IMG/VR virus record: IMGVR_UViG_3300033075_001508
Coordinates: 1 to 64,000 of that record
DNA length: 64,000 bases
Source: a virus
Lineage: Duplodnaviria > Caudoviricetes
Strand: one strand, 5' to 3'
Made by a program: the position numbers and the translations under genes. Numbering within the stretch: the first letter of the stretch is position 1; every line of letters starts with the position of its first letter. Shown here in pieces: positions 9,258-19,496 of this stretch. The notes beneath the pieces are model-generated. The model worked only from the letters and a program-made list of their open reading frames with translations, was not told the origin of the DNA and made no database searches.

Positions 9258-9675
9258 GTCTCGCTTCGGCGGGGGCTGGGTGAGTGCCGGCCAGTTTCTG
9301 GCGGAAGGCATGGTGGCGAAACAGGCAAGGACCAAGAAGGTCGACTTGCCGCAGAAGTTCTGGAGCAAGGACCCATGGAAGCGGGACTTCATGCTTCAGC
9401 TTCGATATGCGAATTCCCTGCTCAAGCTTTACAGTGCCAACGCGATTATTCGCGTGCTGCGAAGCCCAGCGGGAAAGAAAGCGTTTAGTCTTGGTGCGAA
9501 ATGGCTCGACCCATTGTTTGCGGCCGAGCATGAGAAGTTGGAACGCGAAGCGGCCAGACGCCAGGAAACTCCGGTGGAACCGGTTCCTGAAACGAAGGCC
9601 GTTACAAACGAGAAACCTCGGGAGGGGTTTATTGGCAAACCGTCCACCATGCAAAAATTGAGAAACCTTGAGTAA
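9223..9675 (+). CDS. Hypothetical protein
   Basis: ATG 9223, basic helical protein upstream of recA. Confidence 0.6.
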   Translation: MPDQRSDKSPFESRFGGGWVSAGQFLAEGMVAKQARTKKVDLPQKFWSKDPWKRDFMLQLRYANSLLKLYSANAIIRVLRSPAGKKAFSLGAKWLDPLFAAEHEKLEREAARRQETPVEPVPETKAVTNEKPREGFIGKPSTMQKLRNLE

Positions 9676-9677
9676 GA

Positions 9678-10811
9678 ATGGCGAAGAATCCGAAGAAGGA
9701 AGACCATCCAACAGGCATGGGGCCTGGGGTCAGCAGCGCCCACGACGATAGCTTCAACGACCGAATCGTGGCGGAAGTCGACAAGGAATACGGCAAGGGT
9801 CTGATTTGTTCCGGCGAGGACGTTGCTTGCGAGAAGAAGGTAATCGTCCCCATCAGCCCCTCGCTAGACATCATAACAAGCGGCGGCATACGCGAGGGGT
9901 CGTGGGTGGGAATCACCGGCCCCGAAAAGCTGGGCAAAACCGTCCTTGCTTTGACGATTGCGGCGAACGCCCAGCGCCCCGAATTCGGCAACCGAATTGT
10001 CTACTATGCGGCGGTGGAAGCGCGAATCACACCCATGCACTTGCGAGGCATCCGAGGGCTCGACCTTAGCCCAGACAAGTTCAAGGTGATTCGCTCGATG
10101 AAGGGGCAGGTCCTAACCTCAGAAAAGTGGCTGGACATCTTCACACGTATCCTCCGAACGGTTCCCGGCTGCGTCCTGATTATCGACTCGATATCGACCT
10201 TGTGTGAAGAAGCGGTAATGACCGGTGGCGTCGGCACCCAGACCAGGTCGGCCGGCTACAAGTACGTCACCCAGTTTGTCGAAACGATGGCACCCGTTGT
10301 CCCAATCAACAACAACATCGTCATCGGCATTACCCGCATGATTGCGAACACGTCCGGTATGGGCGCGGGAGGTAGGCAGGAGAAGGCAGCGAATAGCTGG
10401 AAGTATCAATGCGACTATCAGCTACGTGGCATCATGAAACAAGCATGGAAGGCTGGCGCTCGCCAGATTGGCCAGGTGGTGACCTGGGGATGCAACTGTT
10501 CGGCTCTCGGCCCGCCCGGCATGAAGATTGAAAGCTACCTTCGCTACGGCACGGGCTTCGACCGACTCTTTGAGGCTTTGACCTTCGGCCAGACTGTCGG
10601 CTTGGTGAAGAAGGCCGGCTCTTGGTTGACGCTCGATTTCTTGGGAAGACCAGAGTATGTCCACTTGCTCGGAACTAATGACCTTCCAAAAACGCAGGGC
10701 GGCGAAGCCATGTATCAAATCTTGCTCCAGCGACCCGACTGGGCAGCCGCCCTCGAAGCGGAAGTGGTTAAAGCGGCCGGCAGCCTTACTACGGGTGGTG
10801 ACGAGGATTGA
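9678..10811 (+). CDS. recA: RecA/UvsX-like recombinase
   Basis: SLDIITSGGIREG, Walker A GPEKLGKT, Walker B LIIDSI, KKAGSW. Confidence 0.88.
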   Translation: MAKNPKKEDHPTGMGPGVSSAHDDSFNDRIVAEVDKEYGKGLICSGEDVACEKKVIVPISPSLDIITSGGIREGSWVGITGPEKLGKTVLALTIAANAQRPEFGNRIVYYAAVEARITPMHLRGIRGLDLSPDKFKVIRSMKGQVLTSEKWLDIFTRILRTVPGCVLIIDSISTLCEEAVMTGGVGTQTRSAGYKYVTQFVETMAPVVPINNNIVIGITRMIANTSGMGAGGRQEKAANSWKYQCDYQLRGIMKQAWKAGARQIGQVVTWGCNCSALGPPGMKIESYLRYGTGFDRLFEALTFGQTVGLVKKAGSWLTLDFLGRPEYVHLLGTNDLPKTQGGEAMYQILLQRPDWAAALEAEVVKAAGSLTTGGDED

Positions 10812-10971
10812 GGTCCTTGTCGTGTTCGCCCTAGCCGCCATGCTTTTCTGCTCGACAACGGAAGGGGGGATTAACGTCCCCCTACCGGCAACAACCAGCA
10901 GACCGTCACCGCCACCTCGGACGATGGTGGTGGAAACCAAACCCGGGTCGATAAACGTGAGGTTCGATTGA
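10807..10971 (+). CDS. Putative small membrane/secreted protein (ATT start, or ATG 10840)
   Basis: IEVLVVFALAAMLFC hydrophobic stretch; exactly fills the recA-nuclease gap. Confidence 0.35.
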   Translation: MEVLVVFALAAMLFCSTTEGGINVPLPATTSRPSPPPRTMVVETKPGSINVRFD

Positions 10972-11396
10972 AGGTAATTGGCTTAGACGGCCGTGAACAC
11001 AACTGGAAACTTACCGGTCGTTCGCTTAGCGGAAATGATACCAGGCCCAGGTCGCAGTACCACAAACGGGCGAGGGCTCTCCTGCTAAAACTGTTTCCTT
11101 TCGACCAGCGACTGGAAGAGGTGCCGTTGCCCGGGTCTGGAAAACTGACGGCCGACTTCTTCCTTCCGGCCCGCAGACTTCTAATTGAGGTCCACGGCGA
11201 ACAGCACTACGGGTACACGGACTTTTTTCATAAAGACGCTCCCGGGTTTATGAGGTCCCAACAACGGGACAGCAAGAAGTCTCGGTGGTGTGAAACCAAC
11301 AACATTAACTTTGTAGAGCTTCCGTATGGAGAATCCGACGAACAATGGACCACTCGAATCAACGATGCCCTCGGTGGCAACCAGACTGACGAATAA
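10968..11396 (+). CDS. Vsr/DUF559-like PD-(D/E)XK endonuclease
   Basis: LTADFFLP..LLIEVHGEQHY..RDSKKSRWC. Confidence 0.75.
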   Translation: MKVIGLDGREHNWKLTGRSLSGNDTRPRSQYHKRARALLLKLFPFDQRLEEVPLPGSGKLTADFFLPARRLLIEVHGEQHYGYTDFFHKDAPGFMRSQQRDSKKSRWCETNNINFVELPYGESDEQWTTRINDALGGNQTDE

Positions 11397-11835
11397 GGAA
11401 GCCGAACTCCAAGCGTTCGAGGAAGAGTGCGCGATTCCAGGCGACTGTCCCATTGAAGTCGAGAACGAAGCGAAGCGCATCCTGACCATGACACCGGACG
11501 TTTTGCGTAAGTACAGTGCCCAGGCCTGCAACGAGGCCACATTCATCCTCAATCAGTTCGCCTTCTTCCTGCAAAAGGCTCTCAATCTTGAGCAGGGACG
11601 CATCAATTGGGCGGAAGAGAATCTGAAGAGGATGGTTCTCAAGCAGAACATCGCCGGCTACGGCCTGGAAGACAAGAAGATGAAGCTCATCAAGGAGGAT
11701 GACGCGGCCGAGGCATTAGACAACATTCGAGTACAAGCAACATTCAAGAAAGGCCGAATCGCCTTCCTGGACGACAAGGTCAAGGAAATGGCAAAGAGCT
11801 TGGCCGGTCTTGCTAATTCCAAGAGAGGGTCATGA
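11326..11835 (+). CDS. Hypothetical helical protein (possible recombination mediator)
   Basis: Coiled-coil character and position near recA; start uncertain. Confidence 0.5.
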   Translation: MENPTNNGPLESTMPSVATRLTNKEAELQAFEEECAIPGDCPIEVENEAKRILTMTPDVLRKYSAQACNEATFILNQFAFFLQKALNLEQGRINWAEENLKRMVLKQNIAGYGLEDKKMKLIKEDDAAEALDNIRVQATFKKGRIAFLDDKVKEMAKSLAGLANSKRGS

Positions 11836-12290
11836 CCAAACGACTGAAAGATATACCAACCATTCCCGGTGCCCGCATGGGTGTCGCGAGGGGTATACGA
11901 CAACCTTCGGCAAGAGTTGACGTTGTTTGCGGCAAATGCGAACGCGTATTCAACGTGACCGAAAAAGAGAAGCCGGCCCAAATCGAGCCAGACGAGCCGA
12001 TGACCTACGTATGTGATTGTTGCCTCTCTAATCAGGTCTCAGAGCATCTTAAAGCCGAGCTCATTGAGCTTCTCGGAAAGGGTCGAATTCTGCCGAACAT
12101 CAAAGAGACCAAGGTTTCGGAACCGACTAATGGACCAAGAAGCGATTTCGAGAGCGTTGATGTCGTCTATTACGACACCTCGATTCGTTTCGCCAGCGAA
12201 AAGACGGCTGAGCGTTTCATGGAGGTTTTAAGTATCGTTATCCATGAGGAAACTTGCTCGCTAAAGGAGAGACTAAATGAATCCAATTAG
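11832..12290 (+). CDS. Hypothetical Zn-ribbon protein
   Basis: CGKC...CDCC. Confidence 0.55.
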   Translation: MTKRLKDIPTIPGARMGVARGIRQPSARVDVVCGKCERVFNVTEKEKPAQIEPDEPMTYVCDCCLSNQVSEHLKAELIELLGKGRILPNIKETKVSEPTNGPRSDFESVDVVYYDTSIRFASEKTAERFMEVLSIVIHEETCSLKERLNESN

Positions 12291-12972
12291 CCTGCTACGT
12301 AGCGGCATCGAGCATGGTGACTGGGAAGATGTCATCCACGCCTTTGCGCTGCTGACGGGCGAGACACTGAAGGCACCCGCACAGGGGACAAACCCGCGAG
12401 CGGAAAAAGCTTACGAGCTTCTCGAAGAGTTTCACCGCAAAGCCAGCGACTTGCTCGGCCTGGAAGGGTGGACCGAGCCTTTTGATGAAGTGTGTGAAGA
12501 CCACCAAGAGGTTTTTGAGGACCCACTAGGGCTTCTGAACGAGCCGAAGCCGGAACCAACTGTTCCCGCCGTCGAGACCATCAACGCGGAAGAGCCTCAA
12601 GAATGGGAAGCTCCACCGGACCCCTTCAAAAAGGTCGACCCCTTCGAGAAGTTCAAGGTCAACAACGGCGGTCCGGCCGGCGACAAGAAGTACGGTCGGC
12701 GCGAACCACACACGCCTCCGAAGGGGCCAAACCAGTTCAAGGATGACGGCAAGCTCGCGAAAAAGGACATCGCGGAAAGCCGGGCTTTGTCTGAAAAGAA
12801 GGGGGCTCGAAGCGGGCCGGAACGCCCCAAGTTTACAGAAATCGACCTGACTTGCAGTAGTTGCCGAAGGACGTTTCGCGTCCACCCCGACTTGCGACCC
12901 AGGAAATTGGATTCAGAAGACAACGAACCGCTTTGGAGTTGTGATAGCTGTATCGGTAGACGACGAGGTTAA
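12277..12972 (+). CDS. Hypothetical protein with C-terminal Zn ribbon
   Basis: CSSC...CDSC. Confidence 0.6.
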   Translation: MNPISLLRSGIEHGDWEDVIHAFALLTGETLKAPAQGTNPRAEKAYELLEEFHRKASDLLGLEGWTEPFDEVCEDHQEVFEDPLGLLNEPKPEPTVPAVETINAEEPQEWEAPPDPFKKVDPFEKFKVNNGGPAGDKKYGRREPHTPPKGPNQFKDDGKLAKKDIAESRALSEKKGARSGPERPKFTEIDLTCSSCRRTFRVHPDLRPRKLDSEDNEPLWSCDSCIGRRRG

Positions 12973-12980
12973 GGAGGAGC

Positions 12981-14471
12981 ATGGACCAGTTAAACGACCC
13001 GGCCGCAGAACGAGCGGTCATCGCCAGTGTTATTCGTGGCGGCGCGGAAGCGTTTGCCGACCTGGCTGACATCGTGACAACCCGAACCTTTACGATTGAC
13101 TCCAACCAGACGATTTGGAAGTGCATTGAGCAAGTTTGTCGAGACGCCAACATCGCCCAGTTGGATTATCCCACCTTGATGTCGGCCGCGAATACCCTTG
13201 GTGTTGGAACGCTTCTTTCTCAGCCGGTCGAACAACAACATTTGCGGTCGGTCATGAACATGCCGGTCCGCTCGGAAAACGCCCGAAGGTTAGCAGGGAA
13301 GATTCGCAAGCTGGAGGTGGCTCGGCTGCTGGACGACCAGCTGAGCTTTGCTCGGGAGAATCTTTATTCGGTTACCGGTGAGGAGTCCATCGACGCCATC
13401 ATGGCGAAGGTGGAAGCTCCCATCTTCGATTTCACGACCCTCTTGGCGAACGCGGACACTCAAGGCATTCGCTTGATGGGGGAAGGGGCCTACGACTACC
13501 TCAAGTATCTGGCGGACAACCCGCGACAGATGATGGGGATTTCGACCGGCCTACCCAAGTTTGACGAGTCCATCGGCGGCGGTCTTCGACCCAACAGCCT
13601 GGATTTGATTGCGGCCCGACCCAAGACCGGCAAGACAATGTTGGTCGACCACGTCGCGTTGCATGTCGCCGGCAAGCTCGGTATCCCCGTTCTCAACCTG
13701 GACACCGAAATGTCCTGGGAAGAACATCTGCATCGCGTTGCTGCCAATATGGCAGGCGTGCCCACTCGCGATATCGAGCGAGGCCTTTATCCTCGTCCGG
13801 AAGATATGGGCAAGGTGCTGGAGGCAGCCAAGAGGCTCAAGGACTATCCGTACTACTACCGGTGTATCACGGGCGAGCCATTTGAAGACACCTTGTCGCA
13901 CATGCGGCGATGGATTCTTCGGCAGGTAGGAGTCCAAGAGAACGGTAAGGCAAGACCGTGCGTCATCATCTTCGACTATTTGAAGTTGATGTCCTCCGAC
14001 TCGCTCAAGTCGGGCAATCTGTCCGAGTGGCAGATGCTTGGGTTTATCACCACCGCGCTCAAGAACTTCGCGTCCCGATATGGCGTGCCCATTCTCTGCT
14101 TTGCCCAGCTGAATCGCGACGGCATCGACAAGGAAGACACCTCGGTCATCAGTCAGTCCGACCGCATCATTTGGTTTTGTACGTCGTTCTCCATCTACAA
14201 GTGGAAGAGCGAAGAGGAACGGTCTGAGGACAGCAACCAGAAGAATCCGTTCACGCACAAGTTGGTCCCCATGGTCAGCCGCCACGGCGAAGGTTTGCGA
14301 GATGGCGATTACATCAACATTCGAGCGAACTACAAGATTGCCCGGGTCGAGGAAGGTCCTACCCGCCGCGAACTTGAAAAAGGGCAAGGACTGAGCAAGG
14401 GCGATAAGGGGATTATTGTCGATGACACCACCGGACAAGCGACAATCGACTTTGCCGGCGAGGCGGCGTGA
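12981..14471 (+). CDS. dnaB: Replicative DNA helicase
   Basis: AAERAVIA, GISTG, AARPKTGKT, DTEM, IIFDYL, AQLNR; strong SD AAGGAGG. Confidence 0.92.
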   Translation: MDQLNDPAAERAVIASVIRGGAEAFADLADIVTTRTFTIDSNQTIWKCIEQVCRDANIAQLDYPTLMSAANTLGVGTLLSQPVEQQHLRSVMNMPVRSENARRLAGKIRKLEVARLLDDQLSFARENLYSVTGEESIDAIMAKVEAPIFDFTTLLANADTQGIRLMGEGAYDYLKYLADNPRQMMGISTGLPKFDESIGGGLRPNSLDLIAARPKTGKTMLVDHVALHVAGKLGIPVLNLDTEMSWEEHLHRVAANMAGVPTRDIERGLYPRPEDMGKVLEAAKRLKDYPYYYRCITGEPFEDTLSHMRRWILRQVGVQENGKARPCVIIFDYLKLMSSDSLKSGNLSEWQMLGFITTALKNFASRYGVPILCFAQLNRDGIDKEDTSVISQSDRIIWFCTSFSIYKWKSEEERSEDSNQKNPFTHKLVPMVSRHGEGLRDGDYINIRANYKIARVEEGPTRRELEKGQGLSKGDKGIIVDDTTGQATIDFAGEAA

Positions 14472-15621
14472 CCTGTACTACGACCAGGCTCGCATGCAGA
14501 CGCTGGCGATGATGCTCTGTTCGCGACTGGACGAAGTGTTTGACGCCTTGGGGGTGGGACTCCATCGAACATCCAAAATGTTTTATGGCCCCTGCCCCGT
14601 CCATGGTGGAGACAACCCAAACGGGTTCAACCTCTACCATGGGGGCGACGTTCCAGGGAAATGGGTTTGTCGCACGCGCCATTGTGAAGAGACGTTCAAA
14701 CGAACCATCATTGGATTCGTTCGGGCGATGCTCTCGAAGAACAAGCACGACTGGACAAGCCCAAAGGACAAAAGGGCGGGAGGAACAAGCCGCACTGTTT
14801 CATTCGAGGAAGCTGTTGATTGGTGTTGCCAGTTCCTGGGACAAAAGCTGGAAGACCTGAAGGTCGACTACTCGGACCTGGAGAAGCGACAGTTCTCCAC
14901 CCAGGTTTCCCTGCTCACCCGCGCCCAGACGAGCCCGGTTTACACGTTGACGCGAGCGGACATTCGTGGCCGACTGAAGATTCCCTCTACCTATTTTACG
15001 GGCCGAGGCTGGTCCGCCGAGGTCTTGAACCGCTACGATGTCGGTCTTTGTGACGACCCGTCTAAGCAGATGTTTGAGCGAGTGGTGGTTCCCGTCTACG
15101 ACGACGATTACCGCTTCTGTGTTGGCGTCACCGCCCGGTCCATTCATCAGAAATGCGGCCAGTGCGGAACATACCATCGGCCAGGAAACGCGTGCCCGTT
15201 CGATAAACAGAACCATCCCAAATGGCGCAACTCAAAGGAATTGCCGCGAGAATCGCGACTGTACAACTACTGGTTCGCCAAGAAGCATATTCAAAGAGAC
15301 GCTGTCGCGGTTCTTGTTGAGGGTCCTGGAGACTTGTGGCGTTTGGTCGAAGCCGGCATTGACCATGGAGTAGCTATGTTTGGAAACACCTTGAGTGACC
15401 AACAACAGGTCATTCTCGAAATGTCTGGCGCAATGAGCTTGATTGTCTTGACCAACATGGATGAGGCCGGACGATTTGGAGCGAACAAGATTCGCCAGGA
15501 GCTATCGCGAAGCTATCGCATTTACACGCCAGACCTTCCAAAGAACGACCTGGGAGACATGAGGCCCGCCGAGGTGGCGGCTTTGGTCACTCCTATCCTA
15601 GACAAAGCTATACGGCAATAG
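14422..15621 (+). CDS. dnaG: DNA primase (zinc finger + TOPRIM)
   Basis: CPVHGGDN..CRTRHC; RVVVPVYD; LVEGPGD; MDEAG; NDLGD; start uncertain. Confidence 0.85.
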   Translation: MTPPDKRQSTLPARRRDLYYDQARMQTLAMMLCSRLDEVFDALGVGLHRTSKMFYGPCPVHGGDNPNGFNLYHGGDVPGKWVCRTRHCEETFKRTIIGFVRAMLSKNKHDWTSPKDKRAGGTSRTVSFEEAVDWCCQFLGQKLEDLKVDYSDLEKRQFSTQVSLLTRAQTSPVYTLTRADIRGRLKIPSTYFTGRGWSAEVLNRYDVGLCDDPSKQMFERVVVPVYDDDYRFCVGVTARSIHQKCGQCGTYHRPGNACPFDKQNHPKWRNSKELPRESRLYNYWFAKKHIQRDAVAVLVEGPGDLWRLVEAGIDHGVAMFGNTLSDQQQVILEMSGAMSLIVLTNMDEAGRFGANKIRQELSRSYRIYTPDLPKNDLGDMRPAEVAALVTPILDKAIRQ

Positions 15622-15628
15622 GTATAAT
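15599..15628 (+). promoter_or_regulatory. Possible sigma70-type promoter
   Basis: TAGACA-18 nt-TATAAT upstream of an HNH gene. Confidence 0.35.
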
Positions 15629-15684
15629 ATTATGTTATTTAGCCACCAGCATTAAGTCCAGTCTTTCCCTCAAAGCGTGTTCAC

Positions 15685-16416
15685 ATGGCAATGCAACCTC
15701 GTTTTCACCGTTTCTTGACAAAGGACTACCTATATGACCGTTACGTAGTGAAAAAACTGAGTAGTCCTGATATTGCCAAGGAGCTTGGCTGCTCGGCCAT
15801 GACTGTTCTAAGGTACTTACGACAATACGGTTTCACCAGCAGGTCTACCCCCAAGAATATTCGCTTGGAGAGCCAGGTTTTTGGCGGTCTGACAGTCTTG
15901 TCAAGAGTCGCTAAACGTAATCCTTATGAGGCCACACGATGGATATGTCAGTGTACTTGCGGTTCTCAGGCAAGTGTGCAACAGAAACGGTTGGTGTCAG
16001 GAGCACAAAGGTCGTGTGGATGCCTCGCGAAAGGAACAAACAGTAAGAATTATAAAGGTACGCCACACATTTCCAAGTCGTACTGGAACGCAATTCTTCG
16101 TAGCGCCCGTGACAGACATGTGCCATTATTCATCACCATTGAAGATGCGGAAACTCAATTTGTGCAACAAAATGGTAAGTGCGCTTTAACGGGCATGCCA
16201 ATAAAGCCATGCGTGACTCGTCATTCGAGTGGGGACTGGACAGCTTCGCTCGACAGAATTGATAGCGACAAGGGATACACCAAGGACAACATCCAATGGG
16301 TCCACAAGGATGTCAACCGCATGAAATGGCATTTCTCTCAAGACCATTTTGTGTCCTTGTGCATCGCCGTATTCAAACACCACGTTAAAACGAAAAGGAT
16401 ACAAGAAGTTGCCTAA
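15685..16416 (+). CDS. HNH-like homing endonuclease family protein with N-terminal HTH
   Basis: DIAKELGCSAMTV; CQCTCG..SCGC; TASLDRIDSDKGY..DNIQWVHKDVNRMK. Confidence 0.75.
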   Translation: MAMQPRFHRFLTKDYLYDRYVVKKLSSPDIAKELGCSAMTVLRYLRQYGFTSRSTPKNIRLESQVFGGLTVLSRVAKRNPYEATRWICQCTCGSQASVQQKRLVSGAQRSCGCLAKGTNSKNYKGTPHISKSYWNAILRSARDRHVPLFITIEDAETQFVQQNGKCALTGMPIKPCVTRHSSGDWTASLDRIDSDKGYTKDNIQWVHKDVNRMKWHFSQDHFVSLCIAVFKHHVKTKRIQEVA

Positions 16417-16924
16417 AACAGTTCTCTTTTGCGGGCATGGCCGCGCCGGCAAAGACACAGCATGCGAATACCTGGCCCAAATCACAACGCTTCGCAACGC
16501 CGGCACAACCAGTAAGTATCTATGCGAGTATGTCGCCCAGAAGCTCGGCCTCCCGGTCGACGTGGCCTACGCTCGCCGGCATGAATCCAACGAGATGCGT
16601 ACGTTTTGGTACAACGCCGGCAACGAGCTTCGGGGGCGTGACCCCACAACGCTTATCAGGCAAGCCCTGGAACACGGCGAGATTACGGGCGGGGTTCGTG
16701 ACTACCAGGAAATCGTTGCGGCTCGCGACGAAGGTATCATCGACATCATCGTGTGGGTGGAGAACAACCGTGTTCCGCCCGACCCAACAGTGAAGTTCAC
16801 CGAGCGGGAATGCGACTTGGTCATCGTGAACAACTGGGACTTGCCAGAATTCTATCGGCGAATTGAGCGGTTCGCGAGGTTCGCGGGCTTGCCGATGCGT
16901 GAGCAGGAGAGGGTTGCGGCATAG
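16409..16924 (+). CDS. Deoxynucleoside monophosphate kinase-like P-loop protein
   Basis: VLFCGHGRAGKDTACE; GGVRD; probable TTG start. Confidence 0.65.
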   Translation: MPKTVLFCGHGRAGKDTACEYLAQITTLRNAGTTSKYLCEYVAQKLGLPVDVAYARRHESNEMRTFWYNAGNELRGRDPTTLIRQALEHGEITGGVRDYQEIVAARDEGIIDIIVWVENNRVPPDPTVKFTERECDLVIVNNWDLPEFYRRIERFARFAGLPMREQERVAA

Positions 16925-17952
16925 TGATAGTTACCTATTTCCGTAGCAGCAGCTATAATTCCTGGGACTTCTGCGCCCACAAGTATTTTCTTTCCTACGT
17001 GCTTGGTTTGCCCGACCGCCCCCACAATAACAAGGCGGACATGGGCAACGCGGTCCACAAAGCCTTGGAGCTTCTGGCCAGGAAGAAACTTGCCGAGCAG
17101 GAAGGAGAACCAACCTTCACCGAAGACGAAACGGGTACGGAGTTCGACACCGCCTCCTTCTCGGTCGAGGACGCAATTGAAGCGGCCTGGGCCTACATCA
17201 AAAAGAAGGCTCCGCACTGGGAGTGGAACACCGCCGATTATCGCAGACATCGCAAGTTGACCTTCGCCGCCTTGGAGTGGGACAACGGGATGTTCAACCC
17301 CCTCAACCGTACGGTTCTCTGTCCCGAACAGAAGTTCGACTTCGTTATCGACCAACCATGGGCTCATTACGACTACGAGCTTCCAGACGGAAAGCGTTTG
17401 CAGGGACAGTTGGCGATGAAGGGGACCGTGGACCTAGTTCTATCCGTGGATGGGATGCCGGATGTCGTTGAATACTGCGACTGGAAGACCGGCGCGAGAA
17501 TGGACTGGTCGACCGGCAAGAAGAAGGACTACCAAAAGCTTCGAAACGACCCACAGTTGCGGATGTATCACTGGGCATTGTCGAAGCTTTACCCGAACGC
17601 ACGCTCCATCATTATCACGATATTCTTCGTTGCGGACGGTGGCCCCTACAGCCTTCCGTTCAACCAAGAGGACCTGGCCAAGACCGAGGCGATGCTCAAG
17701 CGGCGTTTCGAGGTCATACGTGAGTGCGACAACCCGAGACGCATCAAGCCAGACCGGAAGTGTTCATGGTGTTGGTATGACAAGACCATTTACGGCGACA
17801 CCAACCAGACTGTGTGCGACCACATCAAACAAGAACTGGTCCACATCGGCATCAATCGAGTAACCGAAAAGTACGGCAACGCCTCCGCTTACCTGCATTA
17901 CGGAGAAGGTGGTGGTAGGTCTGCCAAACCCAACGAGGAGACCCCAGCGTGA
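16924..17952 (+). CDS. PD-(D/E)XK exonuclease (RecB/Cas4-like)
   Basis: GNAVHKALE, PEQKF, KGTVDLV, DWKTG, QLRMY, C...CSWC...C. Confidence 0.8.
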   Translation: MIVTYFRSSSYNSWDFCAHKYFLSYVLGLPDRPHNNKADMGNAVHKALELLARKKLAEQEGEPTFTEDETGTEFDTASFSVEDAIEAAWAYIKKKAPHWEWNTADYRRHRKLTFAALEWDNGMFNPLNRTVLCPEQKFDFVIDQPWAHYDYELPDGKRLQGQLAMKGTVDLVLSVDGMPDVVEYCDWKTGARMDWSTGKKKDYQKLRNDPQLRMYHWALSKLYPNARSIIITIFFVADGGPYSLPFNQEDLAKTEAMLKRRFEVIRECDNPRRIKPDRKCSWCWYDKTIYGDTNQTVCDHIKQELVHIGINRVTEKYGNASAYLHYGEGGGRSAKPNEETPA

Positions 17953-18266
17953 CCAAACAGGAGCTTGTTGCCCTTCTTGACGTCGCAGTCGAGATTTTGA
18001 CAACCAACAAACAGGCGGCAACCGAACAGCTGCTATCCGAAGCGGATGGACTGATTTCCAAAGCCAGGGAGAATAGGTCGTTCCTATTCTCAATTGGCTC
18101 GCTCTTAGGGTTCGACCCGAACACCGCAGTCAGCATATTAACATCTGCTGAGCAGTTTGTCGAAATCGAACGAAAGATTCTCGCCAACACCGACAAGGTG
18201 ATTGCGGCCATCGAGAGCATCAAGAGTCGCCCTTTCATCCTTGCTGTAATCGCCGCCGCCCTGTAA
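17949..18266 (+). CDS. Hypothetical protein
   Basis: GTGA-coupled ORF. Confidence 0.55.
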   Translation: MTKQELVALLDVAVEILTTNKQAATEQLLSEADGLISKARENRSFLFSIGSLLGFDPNTAVSILTSAEQFVEIERKILANTDKVIAAIESIKSRPFILAVIAAAL

Positions 18267-18275
18267 GGAGGATAC

Positions 18276-18953
18276 GTGACAGCAGCACTTTTTTACAACC
18301 ATCAATTAGGAGCTTACGACTTGGAAACTCAAAAAGAACGCGTGCTGGTCTTCCCTGCTAACGCGCTGTACGAGCAGGATTGGCTTGACTTCCAGGAGAA
18401 GCCTATCATCACACGCCCAATGCTTGTGTGGAACCTGTCCCGCCAAATCCTCGATAGCGGCAAGCTGTTCTACATGGACCGCGATGCGGCCGAGGTCGAC
18501 CCCAACTTCAAGCAAATCATCCCCTACACGGTTCTGCTCAGCGGAGACCAGGTCTTCACCTACAAGAGGACCAAGAAGGGGGGCGAGGGCCGGCTCCACG
18601 ACAAATGGAGTGTCGGCGTTGGTGGCCACATCAATCCGCGCGACGGCGACGGTAATGACGCTAGAGCTTACTGGCAAGCCTTTGACCGCGAACTTGAGGA
18701 AGAGGTCGGGCTCCGCGTATCGGACCACGAGAGTGTGACGCGACCAATCCAGGCGATGCTGTATGACGGCAGCAACGACGTCGGGAAGGTCCATTTCGGA
18801 TTCGTCCACTTTGTGTACGTCGAGCCGGAATGGGTGAAGCCATCCGACCCGGCGCTGGCTCAAGGGTCGTTTGAACCCATCGAAAAGGTCAGGTTCGACA
18901 AGGACCGCAACTTCGAGAACTGGTCGAGGTTTGTTATCGACCACGCACTGTAA
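18276..18953 (+). CDS. Nudix-family phosphoesterase
   Basis: KQIIPY, EGRLHDKWSVGVGGHIN, RELEEEVG, VGKVHFG. Confidence 0.8.
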   Translation: MTAALFYNHQLGAYDLETQKERVLVFPANALYEQDWLDFQEKPIITRPMLVWNLSRQILDSGKLFYMDRDAAEVDPNFKQIIPYTVLLSGDQVFTYKRTKKGGEGRLHDKWSVGVGGHINPRDGDGNDARAYWQAFDRELEEEVGLRVSDHESVTRPIQAMLYDGSNDVGKVHFGFVHFVYVEPEWVKPSDPALAQGSFEPIEKVRFDKDRNFENWSRFVIDHAL

Positions 18954-18959
18954 TTTTTA

Positions 18960-18977
18960 GGGGCGGGAAACCGCCCC
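18960..18977 (+). other. GC-rich stem-loop GGGGCGG-GAAA-CCGCCCC
   Basis: Perfect 7-bp stem with GNRA loop just after the Nudix stop; no U-tract. Confidence 0.5.
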
Positions 18978-19037
18978 AGCCTATTGACATATCGCCGACC
19001 TGTGGTAAAAGAGACTTGTCCTTACGGCCACCCTATT

Positions 19038-19496
19038 ATGACTTACAACGTACCAATCGACCGCACAACTGTTCGGGTAAACCCAACAGGCGGGAACACC
19101 GTCTACCGACGATTCTGCGGGACGACCGAAACATGCGTGACCGTCAACGGGGAAGTGTTTCACTTCTATGGCGACAAGCATGTGCCGTTCGTTAAGGAGC
19201 TTTTGCAGGAAGGCAAAGCCTTTTCGATGCAGCAAACGACACCAATCGAAACTTTGAAGTCTTTGTCGCCGGAACCTTATTTCCTGTTCGGCTATCAGGA
19301 CATCGACGTCTCCTGCGAAGGGTGCGGTGAAACCTTTTGTCGTACCGAATTAAAGTCGGACGACGACGACTGGGGAGAAGGGTACGCCCACTCCGACACG
19401 GTCTGTCCCAGGTGTGGCATGTGGCACTGCTGCAACCTCGTTTACGAAACCCTCGACAATACAGAACTGGCCGCGATTGCGGAGGCGAATAAGTAG
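19038..19496 (+). CDS. Hypothetical protein with Zn ribbon
   Basis: CEGC...CPRC; start 19038 or 18984. Confidence 0.55.
   Translation: MTYNVPIDRTTVRVNPTGGNTVYRRFCGTTETCVTVNGEVFHFYGDKHVPFVKELLQEGKAFSMQQTTPIETLKSLSPEPYFLFGYQDIDVSCEGCGETFCRTELKSDDDDWGEGYAHSDTVCPRCGMWHCCNLVYETLDNTELAAIAEANK

Noticed and set aside
16924-17952. Cas4-like nuclease as sign of a CRISPR system
   Set aside because: No repeat-spacer array or other cas genes seen; stand-alone nucleases of this type are common in phages
18960-18977. Intrinsic terminator
   Set aside because: Strong hairpin but no downstream U-tract on either strand; kept only as a stem-loop
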